Positions 30,822-39,092 of a DNA stretch of 39,092 nucleotides are shown here, piece after piece (positions within the stretch are counted from its first letter, which is position 1; every line of letters starts with the position of its first letter). The notes under the pieces are model-generated. The model did not search any database, was not told the origin of the DNA, and saw only the letters and a list, made by a program, of their open reading frames with translations. Source of the stretch: a virus; IMG/VR virus record IMGVR_UViG_3300045988_134801; one strand, written 5' to 3'. The position numbers and the translations under genes are program-made.

Positions 30822-32298
30822 TCATACCGCCTTCCCTCGCCGCCGTATCGGTCTGCTGCTCCGTCTGTTGGCGCATGCCTCGAATCTGATCGAGTACCTG
30901 ACCGGCCTGGGCCTTGCGCTGGTCGGCCTTCAGCCGGACGATCTCGCTTCGGCTCAATCCGGCGCGTGTCATGCCGACCTCGCTGTTGGCGAACGAGTCG
31001 ATGCTTCCAGCGAGCTTGCTGAATGCGTCGGCGCTCATGGAGCTCGACGGCGTGTTCGGGTTCTTCCAGTCGACCTGCAGTTTCATCAGCTCCTCGTCGG
31101 GCACGGATGGATCCTGCATCCGTGCCACAAGACGGGCTGCCTGAAGGATCGATTCACCGAAATCCCGGTCGCAATGGCGCGCCTCGATAATCAGGTCCTC
31201 GCGCTGCGCCTCGGTCGCGTCGGCGGATGTCGGATTCGCGTCGGACACGATGCCGAGCGAGCTGGCGGGAATGTTCATCGCGCTGGCGAACATCGCCGCC
31301 CAACTTTTCAGCATCGTCAAGTGCGGGTCCATGCTGGACGCGGCCAGTTGCGTCACGGTCGGTGACTGCCCGTCGATGTCCTTGCTGATCATGTTGTAGC
31401 GACCCATATAAAGCTTTAACGCGTCGTCCGTGCCCAACGAGGCGAGTTCTTCGGAAGTGCCTGTCAGCAGGATTTTTGGGAAAGCGTAGAATTCGGCATT
31501 CGCTTCGGCGCGCACGATGGTGCGGTTCGCACCGTCGATGATGGCCATAGCGTCCCGGCTGATGCGGGAGCGTCCGAACGGTTTGACCTCGGTAGCCTTG
31601 TAGGCGAGGCGGAACACACTGCACTCGTTGTCGATGGTGGGTTGCTCATCGTCCACGCGCCACCAGTAGCCGAGACGGCGCTGCACGCTGATGTTGCGGT
31701 CGGGCATGTAGAGCACGAGTCCGGTGGCCTCATTGTTGTCGTCAACGTCGGTGATGGCCATGCACGCCCTGACCCGCCGGTTAGGGTAATCCCAGACGGC
31801 GGCCGAGCTTTCCGCGGTATGCGTGCGGATGAGCGGTCTTCCTTCGAAGTCCTGGACAACGCTGAGGAACGAACAGCCGTGAATGAGCGCAGTCTGGATG
31901 GCCTGCTGCAGAACGCTAGTGAATCCGATGCGGCTCATGAAGTCCTGCAGTTCGAACGGGTCGTCCACGCCCGGCGAGACGAATCCCTCGAACACGCAAA
32001 GCTCAGCGAGCATATCCACAGCCTTGCGCGCCCACCCAAGCGGCGTGTAATGATCCTTGATGGACTTCGGCACAGTCAGTCCAAAATCAACCAGTGGCTC
32101 CTTGGCCTCGTAGTAAGCGGTGAGTGTTCGGTTGCGGCTCGCATGGCGCGTCCACACCTCGGCGAGTTCACGCAGCAACGCGTTCTCCTCACCGGAGAGT
32201 CCGTCGATGTGCGTCGGCACGACGAGTTTCGGCACCGTTCCGGCTCCTCCCGTAGGTTTCCACCCGTCCGGCGCTGCCGTTGTCTGGATGTCGCTCAT
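30772..32298 (-). CDS. Portal protein
   Basis: 508 aa, immediately after TerL, with a GGAGGAA SD. The call rests on portal-like length and position. Confidence 0.88.
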   Translation of the reverse strand: MSDIQTTAAPDGWKPTGGAGTVPKLVVPTHIDGLSGEENALLRELAEVWTRHASRNRTLTAYYEAKEPLVDFGLTVPKSIKDHYTPLGWARKAVDMLAELCVFEGFVSPGVDDPFELQDFMSRIGFTSVLQQAIQTALIHGCSFLSVVQDFEGRPLIRTHTAESSAAVWDYPNRRVRACMAITDVDDNNEATGLVLYMPDRNISVQRRLGYWWRVDDEQPTIDNECSVFRLAYKATEVKPFGRSRISRDAMAIIDGANRTIVRAEANAEFYAFPKILLTGTSEELASLGTDDALKLYMGRYNMISKDIDGQSPTVTQLAASSMDPHLTMLKSWAAMFASAMNIPASSLGIVSDANPTSADATEAQREDLIIEARHCDRDFGESILQAARLVARMQDPSVPDEELMKLQVDWKNPNTPSSSMSADAFSKLAGSIDSFANSEVGMTRAGLSRSEIVRLKADQRKAQAGQVLDQIRGMRQQTEQQTDTAAREGGMNEPEQSEPAAGTTQKA

Positions 32299-33735
32299 TT
32301 AGATTCCTCCGATGATCTGTCGTCTTCCCGGATGTCGCTTCGTCGTGCACGCCCCGTACAGGGCGAGTGTGGCGGATACGAGCGGGGTTATGTCGATGTC
32401 ACTGCCGAGTTTGTTCCAAGCGATCGCGCCGGACTGTCCCAATGGACGCGTGGTCGCACCCTTGACGGCCGCGGCCAGCTGCGGCTGGTATTCGTCCCGC
32501 GGATGCTTGAGCGTTCCGGCTTTGAGCATGTCGAGGAACCGGCCGCATGCTCGGCCCATCTCCTGCATGTTCGTGACCGTGACCTTCACATGCGCTTTCT
32601 TCAGTTCCGGCAGCAGGCTCATGGCGGGCGACTGCGCGTCGATGACCACGCTGGCGGTCTTCGGCCAATGTTCGGCGAGCCAGTCCACGGCCCACATGGT
32701 TCCCGCCTGCCGCGCGTCCTTGATGTTCGCCATCTGGACGATGGCCGAACCGTCCGCGTACCGTAGCGCCGCTCCGATGGTCAGCACGCTCCTGTCCGGA
32801 GGCATGTCGATGCCGAAGCTCACGGTTCCCCCATCAGGCACGTCGTCGATGGCCGCGGCCTTCCACAGGTCGGGGCTGATGGCGTATGCGGTGGCGGTCT
32901 CGTCCCATATGCCAAGCGCCTCACGACGGAATGAATCGTCCGACAGGTTGTTGCGCATGCGCATGATTGCCTGTTCGCTTGTACGTTTCGGATAGCTGGG
33001 ATTCGCTTTAGCCCACTGTTCGCGGTCGTCCGAATCCGCGTCCTTGTCGGCGGCGAGCTCCACGTAGAGGAGGTTTCCGTCATGGTTCAGCGCGTGCATG
33101 CGTTTCTCCGTGAACGCCTCGCACTGGTCTCCCGGCTTGGGTGGATTGCCCATATACACGACCAGGGGGTTAGGACTCGTGTTCAAAACCGGAATCATGT
33201 TGTCCATCGCGCGCACTGTGAGGATCTGCGCTTCGTCGAACACGGCCACGTCCACGCTGTGCAATCCTCGGCCGAAGCCGTTTTCGCGGGCGCCGAACAT
33301 GATGCGGCTGCCGGACGTGAACGTGATCTCCTGTTGGCCGTTTGCTCTGCGGATGCGTTCCACGTACCGGCCGAGCACTGGATTGTGCTCCATCTCGCAC
33401 ATGTCCGCGAATGTCTCGTCGCTGGTGCGCGTATGGTGGGCGGTCCAGATGGCTTTCAGGTTCGGTGTGAGTATCGCCTTGAGGAACAACGCGGTGCCGA
33501 CGGTGAAGGTCTTGCCGATCTGCCTGCAGCTGGACAGCACGGCGCCGTCCGCGCCACACGCATACTTGCCTTCCGCGTTCTTGGCGAACAGAAGCCACAA
33601 GAAGCCCTGCTGCCACAAATCGAAACGGATGCCGGCCTTGCGCGCGGCTTTGTTGATTCGCGTGAACTCGCTGCCGACGATGCCTTCCGGCTGGCGGAGG
33701 ACCTTGGCGATTTCAGACAATCGACGCTCCGACAT
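32299..33735 (-). CDS. terL: Terminase large subunit
   Basis: 478 aa. Walker A-like SCRQIGKT and Walker B VDVAVFDEAQ are present, followed by a C-terminal nuclease region. Confidence 0.92.
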   Translation of the reverse strand: MSERRLSEIAKVLRQPEGIVGSEFTRINKAARKAGIRFDLWQQGFLWLLFAKNAEGKYACGADGAVLSSCRQIGKTFTVGTALFLKAILTPNLKAIWTAHHTRTSDETFADMCEMEHNPVLGRYVERIRRANGQQEITFTSGSRIMFGARENGFGRGLHSVDVAVFDEAQILTVRAMDNMIPVLNTSPNPLVVYMGNPPKPGDQCEAFTEKRMHALNHDGNLLYVELAADKDADSDDREQWAKANPSYPKRTSEQAIMRMRNNLSDDSFRREALGIWDETATAYAISPDLWKAAAIDDVPDGGTVSFGIDMPPDRSVLTIGAALRYADGSAIVQMANIKDARQAGTMWAVDWLAEHWPKTASVVIDAQSPAMSLLPELKKAHVKVTVTNMQEMGRACGRFLDMLKAGTLKHPRDEYQPQLAAAVKGATTRPLGQSGAIAWNKLGSDIDITPLVSATLALYGACTTKRHPGRRQIIGGI

Positions 33736-34141
33736 CGTCCGTCACCTCGTCTTCCTCATCGTCCAGCAGGTCGGTCAGGCCACCGCCCTGGAGTGATTCG
33801 ATGCGGTCGCATACGGCGATGAGCTGGCGGCTGATCGCGGGCAGCGCGTTCGCCGGCGTCGTGGGATCGGCCATGGCCTTGAGCAGCAGGTCACGGTTGT
33901 CTCGCAGTATGTCCAGCATGCTGCCGTCCATCATCCGTTCGAAGCTCCGCTGGTCGAGATCCTGCTCCGGCTTCTGTTTCGTTTCCACGGCTTTGACGGG
34001 CGGCTTACTGTTCCGGTCCTGTGCGGGCCTGTTCTTTTTCCGACGATAATCGGCTTTCTGGCGGCAGGACTTGGAACAGTACTTCTGAGGCCGCCCGTGG
34101 CCGGAAGGCTGGAATTCCTTGCCGCAGAGTTCGCACTTCAT
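33713..34141 (-). CDS. terS: Terminase small subunit (N-terminal zinc-ribbon type)
   Basis: Start taken at MKCELCGKEF...YCSKSCRQKADYRR. It overlaps the TerL start. The ORF-track start at 34219 lacks an SD. Confidence 0.65.
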   Translation of the reverse strand: MKCELCGKEFQPSGHGRPQKYCSKSCRQKADYRRKKNRPAQDRNSKPPVKAVETKQKPEQDLDQRSFERMMDGSMLDILRDNRDLLLKAMADPTTPANALPAISRQLIAVCDRIESLQGGGLTDLLDDEEDEVTDDVGASIV

Positions 34142-34277
34142 CGGCGTAATCCTCGCTTTCCGACCTTTCGTTGTTTCCCCCTGTTTCCGACGTTTGAATC
34201 CGCGGGGAGAAATCGGCACTGCACCCGAGGCGACTGGAAGGGGGTGTACCCGGGATCCCTGCCCTGGTCATCGGAGG

Positions 34278-34607
34278 TCAGATGCCGAACGTTTTGAACG
34301 GCATCGAGCTTGATTTCACGTCCTGTCTGCCAGCCAGCAGCGCTCGTGCGTGTTCGTCTGTCTTGTCGCTCTTCATCCTGTTGCATCTGCGGTGCGTGAG
34401 CCTGCAGTTCGCGAAGCTGTATGGATCGCCGCCGCGTGAGACTGGTATGAGCTCGTCGACTTCGGCGCTCATCGGATGTGGTGTCTTCAATGTCTTGTCG
34501 ACCGGCTTGCCGCAGATGGCGCACACATCGTATGCGGCCAGCACTCTTGCCCTGAGCTGTCTGCGCCGCCAGCCGTTGCTGACGCGCTCGTTGCGCCGCT
34601 TGCTCAT
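34278..34607 (-). CDS. HNH endonuclease (terminase-associated)
   Basis: CAICGK...DELIPVSRGGDPYSFANCRLTHRRCNRMK (HNH with Cys pairs). GGGAGG SD before the ATG at 34607. An alternative upstream ATG at 34742 also has an SD. Confidence 0.8.
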   Translation of the reverse strand: MSKRRNERVSNGWRRRQLRARVLAAYDVCAICGKPVDKTLKTPHPMSAEVDELIPVSRGGDPYSFANCRLTHRRCNRMKSDKTDEHARALLAGRQDVKSSSMPFKTFGI

Positions 34608-34749
34608 GTGGCCTCCCACGTGTATGGGACCCGGAGTGCCGTGGATTTGCCGACGACTATCTTCGCCGTTGGCTTGCCGGAATGCCGGTATAGGGGCTCC
34701 CGTATACGGCCGCTCCCGTGTCTTGTAGGGGTTCCCCATCATCTGCGAA

Positions 34750-34789
34750 TACCCCTCCCGGATTTGCCGATACCCCTACCCCGGATTTG
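34750..34789 (+). repeat. Tandem direct repeat TACCCCT(C/A)CC(C)GGATTTG x2, with a third GGATTTGCCGA at 34651-34661
   Basis: Read directly in the noncoding leader between the tRNA-like element and the HNH gene. Confidence 0.7.
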
Positions 34790-34796
34790 TTTCATG

Positions 34797-34901
34797 GGTG
34801 CCTTCGGCGGGATTCGAACCCGCGCATACACGCGGCCACAAGGAAGAGAATCCAATAAAGACTCGCGGCCGGTACGATCTACCACTGATTTCTACGAAGG
34901 C
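34797..34901 (-). ncRNA. Aberrant tRNA-like element (102-nt body): acceptor stem, D-loop and T-arm present, anticodon region expanded
   Basis: On the - strand, 5' GCCTTCG pairs 7/7 with 3' CGAAGGC. The T-arm is GCGGG-TTCGAAT-CCCGC. A D-loop-like AGTGGTA is flanked by ATC/GAT. About 52 nt lie between the D-arm and T-arm, including a 7-bp stem (CGGCCGC / GTGGCCG). I could not fold a canonical anticodon arm. Confidence 0.35.
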
Positions 34902-35064
34902 ATGGACAGGCGGTTTGAGCTTCACCGCATCACGTAAACGCGGGATTGGCTTGCCTGCCGCTGTTGGTGTATGCCCACTCTGACGTGGGTGGGCGGAGCG
35001 TGTCCGATATGCCGTTCGGACAGGACGGGATATAACCCAAGGAGTTAGGAGAATCCATCGGTGG

Positions 35065-35105
35065 ATATGAAAAGGGTTCAAACCGTTTTCCGGTTTGAAC
35101 CCTTT
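35065..35105 (-). terminator. Rho-independent terminator ending the replication/middle operon
   Basis: Perfect 15-bp stem AAAGGGTTCAAACCG / CGGTTTGAACCCTTT with a 5-nt loop, followed on the - strand by TTTTCATATCC. Confidence 0.8.
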
Positions 35106-35142
35106 AATCCACTGACAATTCTGCCTTGCACTTTGAAAAATG

Positions 35143-35970
35143 TCAAATCACGTCATGCCGGGCGAGGCGCGCGTGTACGTCGGACAGGCGGTACAGCGGC
35201 TGTCCCTTCTCGTTTCTGCCGGCCGGTTGGATCCTGCCGCGCTTGCGCCACGAGTAGATCGTGTTCACGCTGCACTGGAACCCGCATTCGCGCAGCAGCT
35301 CCGCGCACTCCCCCGCCGTGAACGCCCTGCCGGATTCGATGCACTCCTTCAGGAACCCCAATCGCACGTCGACCACGCGATGAGTGTTGCCGCACACCGG
35401 ACAATCAACGCTCACCGCGCCGACCTCCGCACTCAGCTCCACGCCGCACAGAGGATTCAGGCACCTGCCGATACCATGCTTGGATGGTGGCACGTCGATG
35501 ATGGCCAGCGTCTTGCGCGCCAACCGCTCCCAGTCATGCCAAATCAGACCAATGTCCGGCAATCGTGAAAGACGATTGCAATCCGCGCAGATACTCAGGC
35601 ATTTCAACACGGACGGATGAATCCTGCTATCGGCCCATGGCATGGCCGGCGGAGCATACAACCGCCGCCAAAGAGCGACAGCCAGATCATCGATCTCCTG
35701 CAGATGGTCAATCACAGACAACCTAACCGGCGTCGGAGCCGAAGCCAAATTGGTACGGCCGGGCTGATGGCCACCGTAATGTGCGGTGCTGTCCAGAAAC
35801 TCGCGCAGGACCTGGATCCATGACGGATAGTCGCGGAGCCATCCCCTCAAAGCGGTCTCGCACTTGTCGCACATCGTGGCTTGAATACGGCACTCCCCAC
35901 CGCACACTCTACATGTCGTGGTTGCTTCCCATTTTTTGCCCATATGTTGCGATTTTATCATTTTGGCCAT
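35143..35970 (-). CDS. Cys-rich (multiple CxxC) protein with a C-terminal excisionase/MerR-like HTH; candidate late-gene regulator
   Basis: 275 aa. Cys motifs include CRVCGGEC...CDKC and CPVCG. The C-terminal HTH is FTAGECAELLRECGFQCSVNTIYSWRKRGRIQP...PLYRLSDV. It is the last gene before the late operon. Confidence 0.75.
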   Translation of the reverse strand: MAKMIKSQHMGKKWEATTTCRVCGGECRIQATMCDKCETALRGWLRDYPSWIQVLREFLDSTAHYGGHQPGRTNLASAPTPVRLSVIDHLQEIDDLAVALWRRLYAPPAMPWADSRIHPSVLKCLSICADCNRLSRLPDIGLIWHDWERLARKTLAIIDVPPSKHGIGRCLNPLCGVELSAEVGAVSVDCPVCGNTHRVVDVRLGFLKECIESGRAFTAGECAELLRECGFQCSVNTIYSWRKRGRIQPAGRNEKGQPLYRLSDVHARLARHDVI

Positions 35971-36416
35971 CCCGAATCGAACATCAGTTCCATTTCAGGT
36001 ATTCCCGCCCACGGGTCGGGATTATCGGGATCCGGACGCATCGTCGGGAACCCCTCAAGGGTCGAATAATGAAATTCCCTTCCGCCCATGTCGGCGGGTT
36101 TGATACTGACAGGCATGAGCGCGCAGTCGTGCGCGCCCAGGTATATTCCGTCCGGACTGATACCTAACGGTCCAGCGACCGTCTCCAATCTGATCGTGTC
36201 CGTCTGCGCGATGCGGCGGATCCGGATGAGCTGCCGGCCGAGGATGATCGCGGTGACCAGGTCGTCGCCGGCGATGATGCCGGCGTCCCATGACTGCCAG
36301 ACCACGTCACGTTCGCTGAAGATCCACCGTCCGCATGAGCAGACGGCCGGCACGAGGTGCGCCGGATTGCCCGGCGGCGCGAGCCGGCGCATCCACAATG
36401 GTGGTTTACGACTCAT
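35958..36416 (-). CDS. Hypothetical protein (152 aa)
   Basis: An ORF with an ATG at 36416 within the coupled operon. I recognise no motifs. Confidence 0.65.
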   Translation of the reverse strand: MSRKPPLWMRRLAPPGNPAHLVPAVCSCGRWIFSERDVVWQSWDAGIIAGDDLVTAIILGRQLIRIRRIAQTDTIRLETVAGPLGISPDGIYLGAHDCALMPVSIKPADMGGREFHYSTLEGFPTMRPDPDNPDPWAGIPEMELMFDSGWPK

Positions 36417-36543
36417 CCCGCCACCAGTCGACGAGGTCGGTGATCTTCCAAGCTGTTTCGAAAAGCATCAGCATGACGAATCCCAGGATGAGCCCGGACA
36501 CCTCATCGAGAAGACCACCAAGTTTTCGGATGATTCCCATCAT
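36406..36543 (-). CDS. Small membrane protein (45 aa); not in the supplied ORF track
   Basis: Hand translation gives MMGIIRKLGGLLDEVSGLILGFVMLMLFETAWKITDLVDWWRDES. An AGGGTAGGA SD is present. It fills the gap between the primase gene and the next gene and overlaps the next start by 11 nt. Confidence 0.4.
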   Translation of the reverse strand: MMGIIRKLGGLLDEVSGLILGFVMLMLFETAWKITDLVDWWRDES

Positions 36544-36554
36544 GATTCCTACCC

Positions 36555-38963
36555 TTATCCGAGGCTTCGTTTGATTGATTTCCAGATCTGGTCCAATTCG
36601 CCATCCGGCAGACCACTATCCCGACCACGCTGCAGCAGATCATCATGAATCTGCCGTTCGTTCTCCGGATGGTTCTTCAACCGTCCGTACGCCCAGGCGT
36701 GCAATGTGCTGTTGCGTTGGCCTTCCGGCACCGGCGTCATATCCGGCGTCCCCTGCGAATTGGACGCGGCCGGCCTGTCGGCCATGACATCATCCAAGCT
36801 CAAAGCGGGCGCCTCCGGCTTCGGCTCATTCGTATATCCGAAATCCTTGAGCATGCGCATGATTGCCTCACTCGCCTCCGGCACGACATCGGCCGGCAAA
36901 TCAGCCAGCTCGTATCGACTGCCGTTGACGACGCTGCCGGGACCAAGCACGTAGCCTTTGTTGCTGACGCGCAGGTCGATTGGCAGGTTCTGCTCGTGCA
37001 CGGCGTTCTTCAGCAGGGTGACGTCCATGCCGGCGGGCATGCGATAGTACAGGTGCACGCCATGCGGCGTCTTCGTCATCAACGTGGCCGGTAGTGCGGT
37101 GGAACCGTAGTCGCCGGTCAACGCCTGCAGGCACTGCCAGCCGTCCGGCCCGTCCGCTTCGGACGGCTTGTCGCAGTCGATGACGAAGCACTGGCCAAGC
37201 GGGACGACCGCATACCTGTCCATCGATTCGGTCACGATCGTCGAATCCACATGGCTTTCGGACGAAGGGTTCAACCGTTTCCACGACAATGAGACCTTCC
37301 CGTCGACGGGACCGCCCTGCCTGCGCGCCTTGCCCTCGCATGGGGCGAAGCCCGCCTGTCCGTCCAACGCGGATTCGACCAATGCGGCCATGTCATGACA
37401 GCCGCCGACATCATCCAGTGGTATGAGGCTGTCGCGGTTCGGTTTCGACAATGCGGTCTGCCGCCAGTCCGTGGCGGTTTCCTCGGCTTCCGTGCCGAGA
37501 GCGGCCTTGCGATACACGTCGAAACGCTCACGGTTGACGACGCGGACGACGCGCGGCTGCCCTTTGCCGGGCAATGCACGAGAACGTGCATTCACCAAAC
37601 CAAGCACATCCATCAAAGACTGCGGAACGGTCGTATGGAATTCCTTACGATAATCACCCTTCACGGCCACCGGATCTCCATACTGTCCCTCATTCGACGC
37701 AATCTCACTGATCAGCCAATACATCTCATCGCTGATATTGCGCGCAGGACTCAGATTCACAATCTCCGGCTCGTCCGACCGCTCCCACAACCGGCACGAC
37801 AACACGAAGAACGCTGCGGGATGCCGATGGCAGAAACCCTCGATCGCATGATATTCGTCATACGAACGACCCTTCGACTGGTGGAATTCCACCTTGATGA
37901 AACGACGCACGTCCGAATTCTCGGCGGAATCCGCGAACTGCATGTTCGTCAGAATCAGCATCGTCGCGGTCGGCGTCATCACACGATAACGGCCACCAGT
38001 CACACGGGCGTTCACCTGCGAGCCGGTCGACAAGGCACGTAGCAAGGGGAGCATGTCCTCAGTGACCGCGCAAGCCTCATCATCAATGGCGAAAGCCTTG
38101 CCGTCCATCTCATCATTCATGCTCTCGCGGCCAAGCGTGTAGCCGCCACCATTGCAGTACGATTGCACGCTGAAACCTGGAAACACCTTGCCGACGCCCA
38201 ACACGCCGAGCAACGCCTGACGGGCGATCAGCGTCTTCCCGTCACCGCCATGCCCGGACAGGATGTAAGACAATTGTTTGAATGGTTCGAGCCATGGTGT
38301 GGCAAACATGCGACAAAGATTCGCATAGGACTTCTCATCCACCGTCAGCCATTCGAGAATGCGCTTCGCGTCCTTCAAAGCCTGATTGCCCATACCGGCA
38401 GGAGAGAAAGTCTGTGTGACCGCGATATCCGGCTCATCCTGCAGGCAGACGACTTTACCATTACGCCGCACCCACACGCAGGGGTCGCAGCGTACGCCGC
38501 GTTCGACCTGGTCGAACCATTGGCTCCGCTTCGCCTCGCGCATAATCGCGCACGAGTAGAGCAGGTTGCGTTCACTGCTACGAGCGTTGCCGCCGATATG
38601 ATATTCATCCTCGATGGTCTTGACCGGATGCCAGGAGTTGAGGATGAGCCGTTCGCCCTCATGGTCGGCCATGTCGGGGTCTCGACGCCAAAGCCTGTCC
38701 TGTGACGGGCAGTAGCGTAAATGGCCTTCGCGGAGTTCCCAGATGGCTTTCTGGTAGCCTGCGGCGACTACCGGTGCTTTTTTGCGATTGTCGGTTTCGG
38801 TGCCGCCTTGGCAGACGAGTTGGAGGTTCTGTCCGGTGATGGTCGTGACGATGGTCATGTCGTTTGCCGGTGTGAACGTCAGTTCAAGCAGGTGGAAGAT
38901 GCCTGCGAACTGGGCTGGCAGAGTGTCGACCGGTATCGGCTGGTATTTGCGGTAGTCCCTCAT
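36555..38963 (-). CDS. Replication protein: P-loop (D5/P4-type SF3-like) helicase region followed by a Prim-Pol domain and a PriCT-like C-terminus
   Basis: 802 aa. Walker A LSGHGGDGKT and Walker B FAIDDEA lie at about residues 235-300. Prim-Pol motifs FVIDCD, TPHGVHLYYR and IDLRVSNKGYVLGPGS lie at about 580-680. The PriCT-like segment is EGQRNSTLHAWAYGRLKN. A strong SD (AGGAGGTGA) is present. Confidence 0.88.
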   Translation of the reverse strand: MRDYRKYQPIPVDTLPAQFAGIFHLLELTFTPANDMTIVTTITGQNLQLVCQGGTETDNRKKAPVVAAGYQKAIWELREGHLRYCPSQDRLWRRDPDMADHEGERLILNSWHPVKTIEDEYHIGGNARSSERNLLYSCAIMREAKRSQWFDQVERGVRCDPCVWVRRNGKVVCLQDEPDIAVTQTFSPAGMGNQALKDAKRILEWLTVDEKSYANLCRMFATPWLEPFKQLSYILSGHGGDGKTLIARQALLGVLGVGKVFPGFSVQSYCNGGGYTLGRESMNDEMDGKAFAIDDEACAVTEDMLPLLRALSTGSQVNARVTGGRYRVMTPTATMLILTNMQFADSAENSDVRRFIKVEFHQSKGRSYDEYHAIEGFCHRHPAAFFVLSCRLWERSDEPEIVNLSPARNISDEMYWLISEIASNEGQYGDPVAVKGDYRKEFHTTVPQSLMDVLGLVNARSRALPGKGQPRVVRVVNRERFDVYRKAALGTEAEETATDWRQTALSKPNRDSLIPLDDVGGCHDMAALVESALDGQAGFAPCEGKARRQGGPVDGKVSLSWKRLNPSSESHVDSTIVTESMDRYAVVPLGQCFVIDCDKPSEADGPDGWQCLQALTGDYGSTALPATLMTKTPHGVHLYYRMPAGMDVTLLKNAVHEQNLPIDLRVSNKGYVLGPGSVVNGSRYELADLPADVVPEASEAIMRMLKDFGYTNEPKPEAPALSLDDVMADRPAASNSQGTPDMTPVPEGQRNSTLHAWAYGRLKNHPENERQIHDDLLQRGRDSGLPDGELDQIWKSIKRSLG

Positions 38964-38973
38964 TTTTCACCTC

Positions 38974-39092
38974 CTTTTTTTGCTGTGCCGTTCCATGCCC
39001 ATAACACACAACACAAAAACAACAAAAATAAATACATATATAAAAAACAATGGAACATTGGTTGTTTGTTTATATATGGTTGGAATTCCGGC
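38974..39092. repeat. Terminal direct repeat (copy 2), identical to 1-119
   Basis: Direct comparison of the window ends. Confidence 0.95.

Noticed and set aside
34608-34742. N-terminal extension of the HNH gene to the ATG at 34742
   Set aside because: It is not firmly excluded, since it also has an SD. The 45 extra residues are low-complexity, typical HNH proteins of this type are about 100-120 aa, and 34607 has a GGGAGG SD.
34797-35060. A phage-encoded tmRNA
   Set aside because: The acceptor stem is GCCTTCG/CGAAGGC, with no G-rich 5' end and no G3:U70. I found no tag-peptide reading frame or pseudoknot series. It is kept only as a tRNA-like element.
34776-35081. 101-aa - strand ORF
   Set aside because: It begins inside the 15-bp-stem terminator and runs through the tRNA-like element. 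It is Arg/Pro-rich and has no SD.

Overview
The first 119 bp equal the last 119 bp, so the window is one closed, circularly permuted unit of 38,973 bp. I read it as a complete temperate siphovirus-type phage genome from a high-GC Gram-positive host. The host is possibly Bifidobacterium-like, which is inference only. No homology search was possible, so every functional call rests on motifs I recognise in the supplied translations and on gene order.

Gene layout:
- **Lysogeny arm (+ strand, 8815-12738):** XRE-type repressor, lipoprotein, RhuM-family protein, ImmA/IrrE-like metallopeptidase and tyrosine integrase. It ends at an attP (12739-13100) that carries a tRNA 3'-end fragment flanked by arm-type repeats.
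- **Early operon (- strand, 8705 down to 320):** Cro-like HTH protein, Bro-N/KilAC antirepressor, excisionase-family HTH protein, RusA, a Cas4-like nuclease and an SSB-like protein. Many gene junctions are ATGA-coupled.
- **Candidate origin (1-319):** an AT-rich tract flanked by iterons.
- **Replication (38963 down to 35143):** a helicase/primase-polymerase gene and three smaller genes.
- **Late operon (- strand, about 35060 down to 13124):** HNH, TerS, TerL, portal, a MuF-ADP-ribosyltransferase fusion, scaffold, capsid, head-tail joining proteins, major tail protein, frameshifted chaperones, tape measure, Dit, collagen-like fibres, receptor-binding protein (RBP), lysin and holin.

Most interesting findings:
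- **Shufflon (15165-17452):** a small tyrosine recombinase plus three copies of an 11-bp core could swap the RBP C-terminus among three cassettes.
- **Capsid-associated toxin:** the MuF-ART fusion is translationally coupled to a small candidate immunity gene.
- **tRNA-like element:** an aberrant 102-nt element sits in the late-operon leader.
- **Helicase/Prim-Pol protein:** its domain order appears permuted.
- **Low-GC accessory block (about 5000-8450):** it contains antisense and convergently overlapping ORFs that I could not resolve.
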